From Epiperipatus broadwayi (Eukaryota > Animalia > Onychophora): a stretch of 64,000 nt of DNA. Under the pieces are notes generated by a model. The model did no database searches. It was not told where the DNA came from and saw nothing but the letters and a program-made list of their open reading frames with translations. Each line of letters starts with the position of its first letter. Within the stretch, counting starts at the first letter, position 1. Location: contig JAQFVV010000004.1 of NCBI GenBank assembly GCA_028023455.1, positions 15,810,001 to 15,874,000 on the forward strand, written 5' to 3'. Positions 60,955-64,000 of this stretch are shown here, piece by piece. The position numbers were made by a program, and so were the translations under genes.

Positions 60955-63900
60955 ATAAGTGAAAAAATTAATGGTGGAGGCACTATAGCATTTTCATGAC
61001 ATAAATGAAGAGCTTGAGGTATTAGCAGTAGTGGAAACACATCTAAGAGAAGAAGAAGAAGAACCTATCCTGGAAGATATGGTATGGCAGGGTATAAATA
61101 GAAAAGAAAAAAGGGATGGTGGTATAGGTGTTATATCAAAAAAATATTTAAATATAGTTAAATGTTAAGAACATTTGTGGTTTGAAATAAGGTTGGGAAG
61201 ACAAGAATGGATAATGGCTAGAGTTTATATAGCCATTGGAGATAGTTAAATTATAATGGAGTGAAACAGTAGCATATATGAATGCCTAGTTAAGGATATA
61301 CAGAGTTTTAAAGAAAAGGGGAAGAGGATAATAATTCTAGAGGATATGAATGGACATATTGAAGAAATTGATGATGTAGATATAAGAATGGAGAGCTTTC
61401 AAATAAATTTTGTCAGAGAGTGAATTTGAGCATTGTTCCATTTATCAAATATTTACGAGGGACAATACACATGGTCTAAAAATAATTAATTCCACAGATT
61501 ATGTATTGGTAGAGAAAGAGGGAATGAATAAAGTAACAGAAAATTAAGGTGTTTGATAATGAAGAGAGAGTATGTAATAGTGATCATAACTTCTTTGTAA
61601 TAGAAATGGTTAGTAATGTGATGGAGAATAGAAATAAAAGTAGAAACAATAGTGAAAAATGTAAATGGAGAGTGAATGATCTAAGAATAAGTTGAAAGAG
61701 TATAAAATACAAGTTGAAAAAACCATGGAAGAGTTGGTTGGAGATATGATGAAATAGAAAAAGTGACAAATAGGGTTTTAGGTGAGAATATTCAGAAGAA
61801 TAAAAGTAATAAAAAAAATGAGAGTTAGTAAAACTGTAAAAGAGAAAAAAACATGCAGAGAATATAAGTGTGCTATTAAGAATAAAGAAAGTGAAAAAGA
61901 TATTAATGCTAAATAGAAAAAGTACTTAGAAAAAAAAAGTTAGCTAAAATAGATAATTGTAGAGAGAGAGAATGAAATTGAATAGTAAATTGCTGGACGA
62001 TATTAATAAAAGTTGAAGAGATGGGAGTAAAAAGTTTTGGAATTATATTAAAAGGAGAAATGTAGGGGAGAGAGAGATAGTATTACAAGATGATGAAGGA
62101 ATAGAGTGTAGCTCTAGAAAAGAATTAGAGAGAATCTTAAATAGGTATGTAATGGATATAGAAAAGATGTTAGATGAGGACAGAGTAATAGAAAACATTA
62201 ATGATATAGTAATGGGAATATTAGGTTTACAGAAAATGAACTGAATGAGGCAGGGAAGAAATTGAAAAGTAGAAAGGCAAGAGGTTTAGATGGATGGGCA
62301 GCAGAGATGGTAATAAATTTAGAGCATAGGATAAAAGTGAAGCTATTATCATGTTTTAATAAAATAGCACAGAAGAGAGTTTGTCCAGGTAGTTGGAGTA
62401 ATACAAAAATAAGATTATTATTTAAAGGAAAGGATAAAGATCATATAAAATTAAACAATTATAGACCGATAGCAGTAACATCAGTTTTATATAAAGTTTT
62501 CTCATATATGGTGGCTAGAAGAGTTGCAAAATGGATGGAAGAAAATAATGTAGTGGGGGAAATGCAAGGAGGTTTTAGATCAGATAGAGTTTATTTGTAG
62601 TTACACAACTTATGGATATTAGTAGGAATTCAGGTAAACATCTATATGTGAGTTTTATAAATATAGAGAAGGCATATGATAGAGTAGATAGAAATAGATT
62701 ATTGGTAAGTTTAGAAAATTTGTGAATGGATAAAGCTTTAGTGGATATTATTAAGAAATTATATGAAAATAAATTACTATACATATCATTTAGTGGATAG
62801 AATCAGTTTAAAGTTAAATATGGGGTGGGACTAAGGCAAGGATGTCCTATGTCACCTATTTTGTTTTTGTTATATTTGAGTGAAAAGAGCAATAGAAAGA
62901 TTAGGAAGAGGGATAGAGATATCGTTAATAGGTGGCAAGGGAGTATATGCTTTGTCGGGTCTTTTTTTTGCGGATGATTTTTTTCTGTGTGCAGAAAGAA
63001 GAGAAGGTATGTAAGTTATGCTGAGGATGTGTGCAAAGATGGGTAAAGCAATGAGAATTAAATTTAGTGAAGAAAAATAAAATATAATGATGGTTAATAC
63101 TGGGAAAGAGAAGACAGAGAATTTTTATTGGGGGATATAAAGTTAAGTGTGATGAATATATATAGTTATTTGGGAATCAACTTAAGTAATTAGAAAAATT
63201 GTTTGGATGAATGGGAGAAAAAATCGATAAATGAAGCAAAGAAAAGAAAGGGATTGATAAAGAAAAGTGTTTTAATATAATAAATATGATGTAGCTAGAA
63301 TTGTGTATAAGGAGTTGCAGTAGCAGGGTTAACATATGGCAATAATGTGTTATGTGTTAGTAAAGGAGTATTAGATTAAAGGGAAGTAGGAAGACATGCA
63401 TTAGATGCATATGTGTGGATAGCAAACAAGGCAATTCAAGGAGAAATGGGATGGTCAAGTTTTTATATGAGAGATGCAAAAAGTGAAATGAAAATGTTTG
63501 GTAGATTGCAGTTTATGGATAATAAAAGAATAGCCAAAATAGTATTTAATTGGATTATGAGTAAAGGGCAGGCAACAAGATGGGTGAGAAAGATACTGCG
63601 GTATGCAGAAGATTTGGATAAAGAAATTTATACCAGTATACTTGTACAAAAGGTAGGATGATTGTGTTAAGAGGATTGTTGAGTGTTATAGTAGTAAGGA
63701 ATGGGATAGAAGAATTATATGAGAATTGGAGAGATGGAAAACTAGTATGGAGAGTAAAAATAGTTTAAATACATATAGAAATAAATGGAACATTAGGTGT
63801 GAGTTAATTTATTATAATAGTAAGGAAAGTAGTTTATTGTTTAAGGCTCAAACGGGATCTTTAGCAACAATGCAATATACATGTAAATGGAAAAATATAT

Positions 63901-64000
63901 GAGTGATTTAGTCTGCAAGTTGTGTAAGGAAAGCATAGAAAATATTAGGCATCTGTTAATTCAATGTAAATGCTTGAAAGCAGAAAGGGTACAAATAATG
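60955..64000 (+). mobile_element. Decayed APE-RT LINE ORF2, running off the window end
   Basis: APE: VLAVVETHL, DMNGHI, DYVL, SDHN; RT: KARGLDG, YRPIAVTSVLYKVF, QGGFR, EKAYDRVDR, GLRQGCPMSPILF, FADDF, YLGI; C-terminal CCHC. Confidence 0.93.

Overview
Very AT-rich eukaryotic DNA, most likely from an invertebrate animal (inference from composition and TE content). It is almost entirely intergenic or intronic and dense with decayed mobile elements: an old Ty3/Gypsy LTR retrotransposon with both LTRs (32.7-38.4 kb), RTE, L1/Tx1-like and other APE-RT LINE pieces, a mariner transposase pseudogene, a tRNA-Gly-derived mini-SINE family with clear TSDs, short solo-LTR-like repeats and microsatellites. 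No host protein-coding gene could be named. The main signal is about 17 type I hammerhead-ribozyme (HHR) motifs, intact or degenerate, from about 7 sequence families, most with a minimal self-complementary helix III (ACUAGU, AUACGUAU, AUGCAU, AGCGCU and others). Most sit in short fold-back elements with the architecture of Penelope-like element (PLE) pseudo-LTRs or non-LTR retrozymes: an inverted arm, a 3' tail, and 10-14 bp TSDs in three copies. One HHR, with an apparent A3-U8 compensated core, lies directly behind a Penelope GIY-YIG endonuclease ORF. Two HHR families carry tRNA-like Pol III promoter motifs. There is also an L1/Tx1-like ORF1-only (HAL1-like) candidate. All of this was read by eye; no search or folding program was run, and TE boundaries are approximate.
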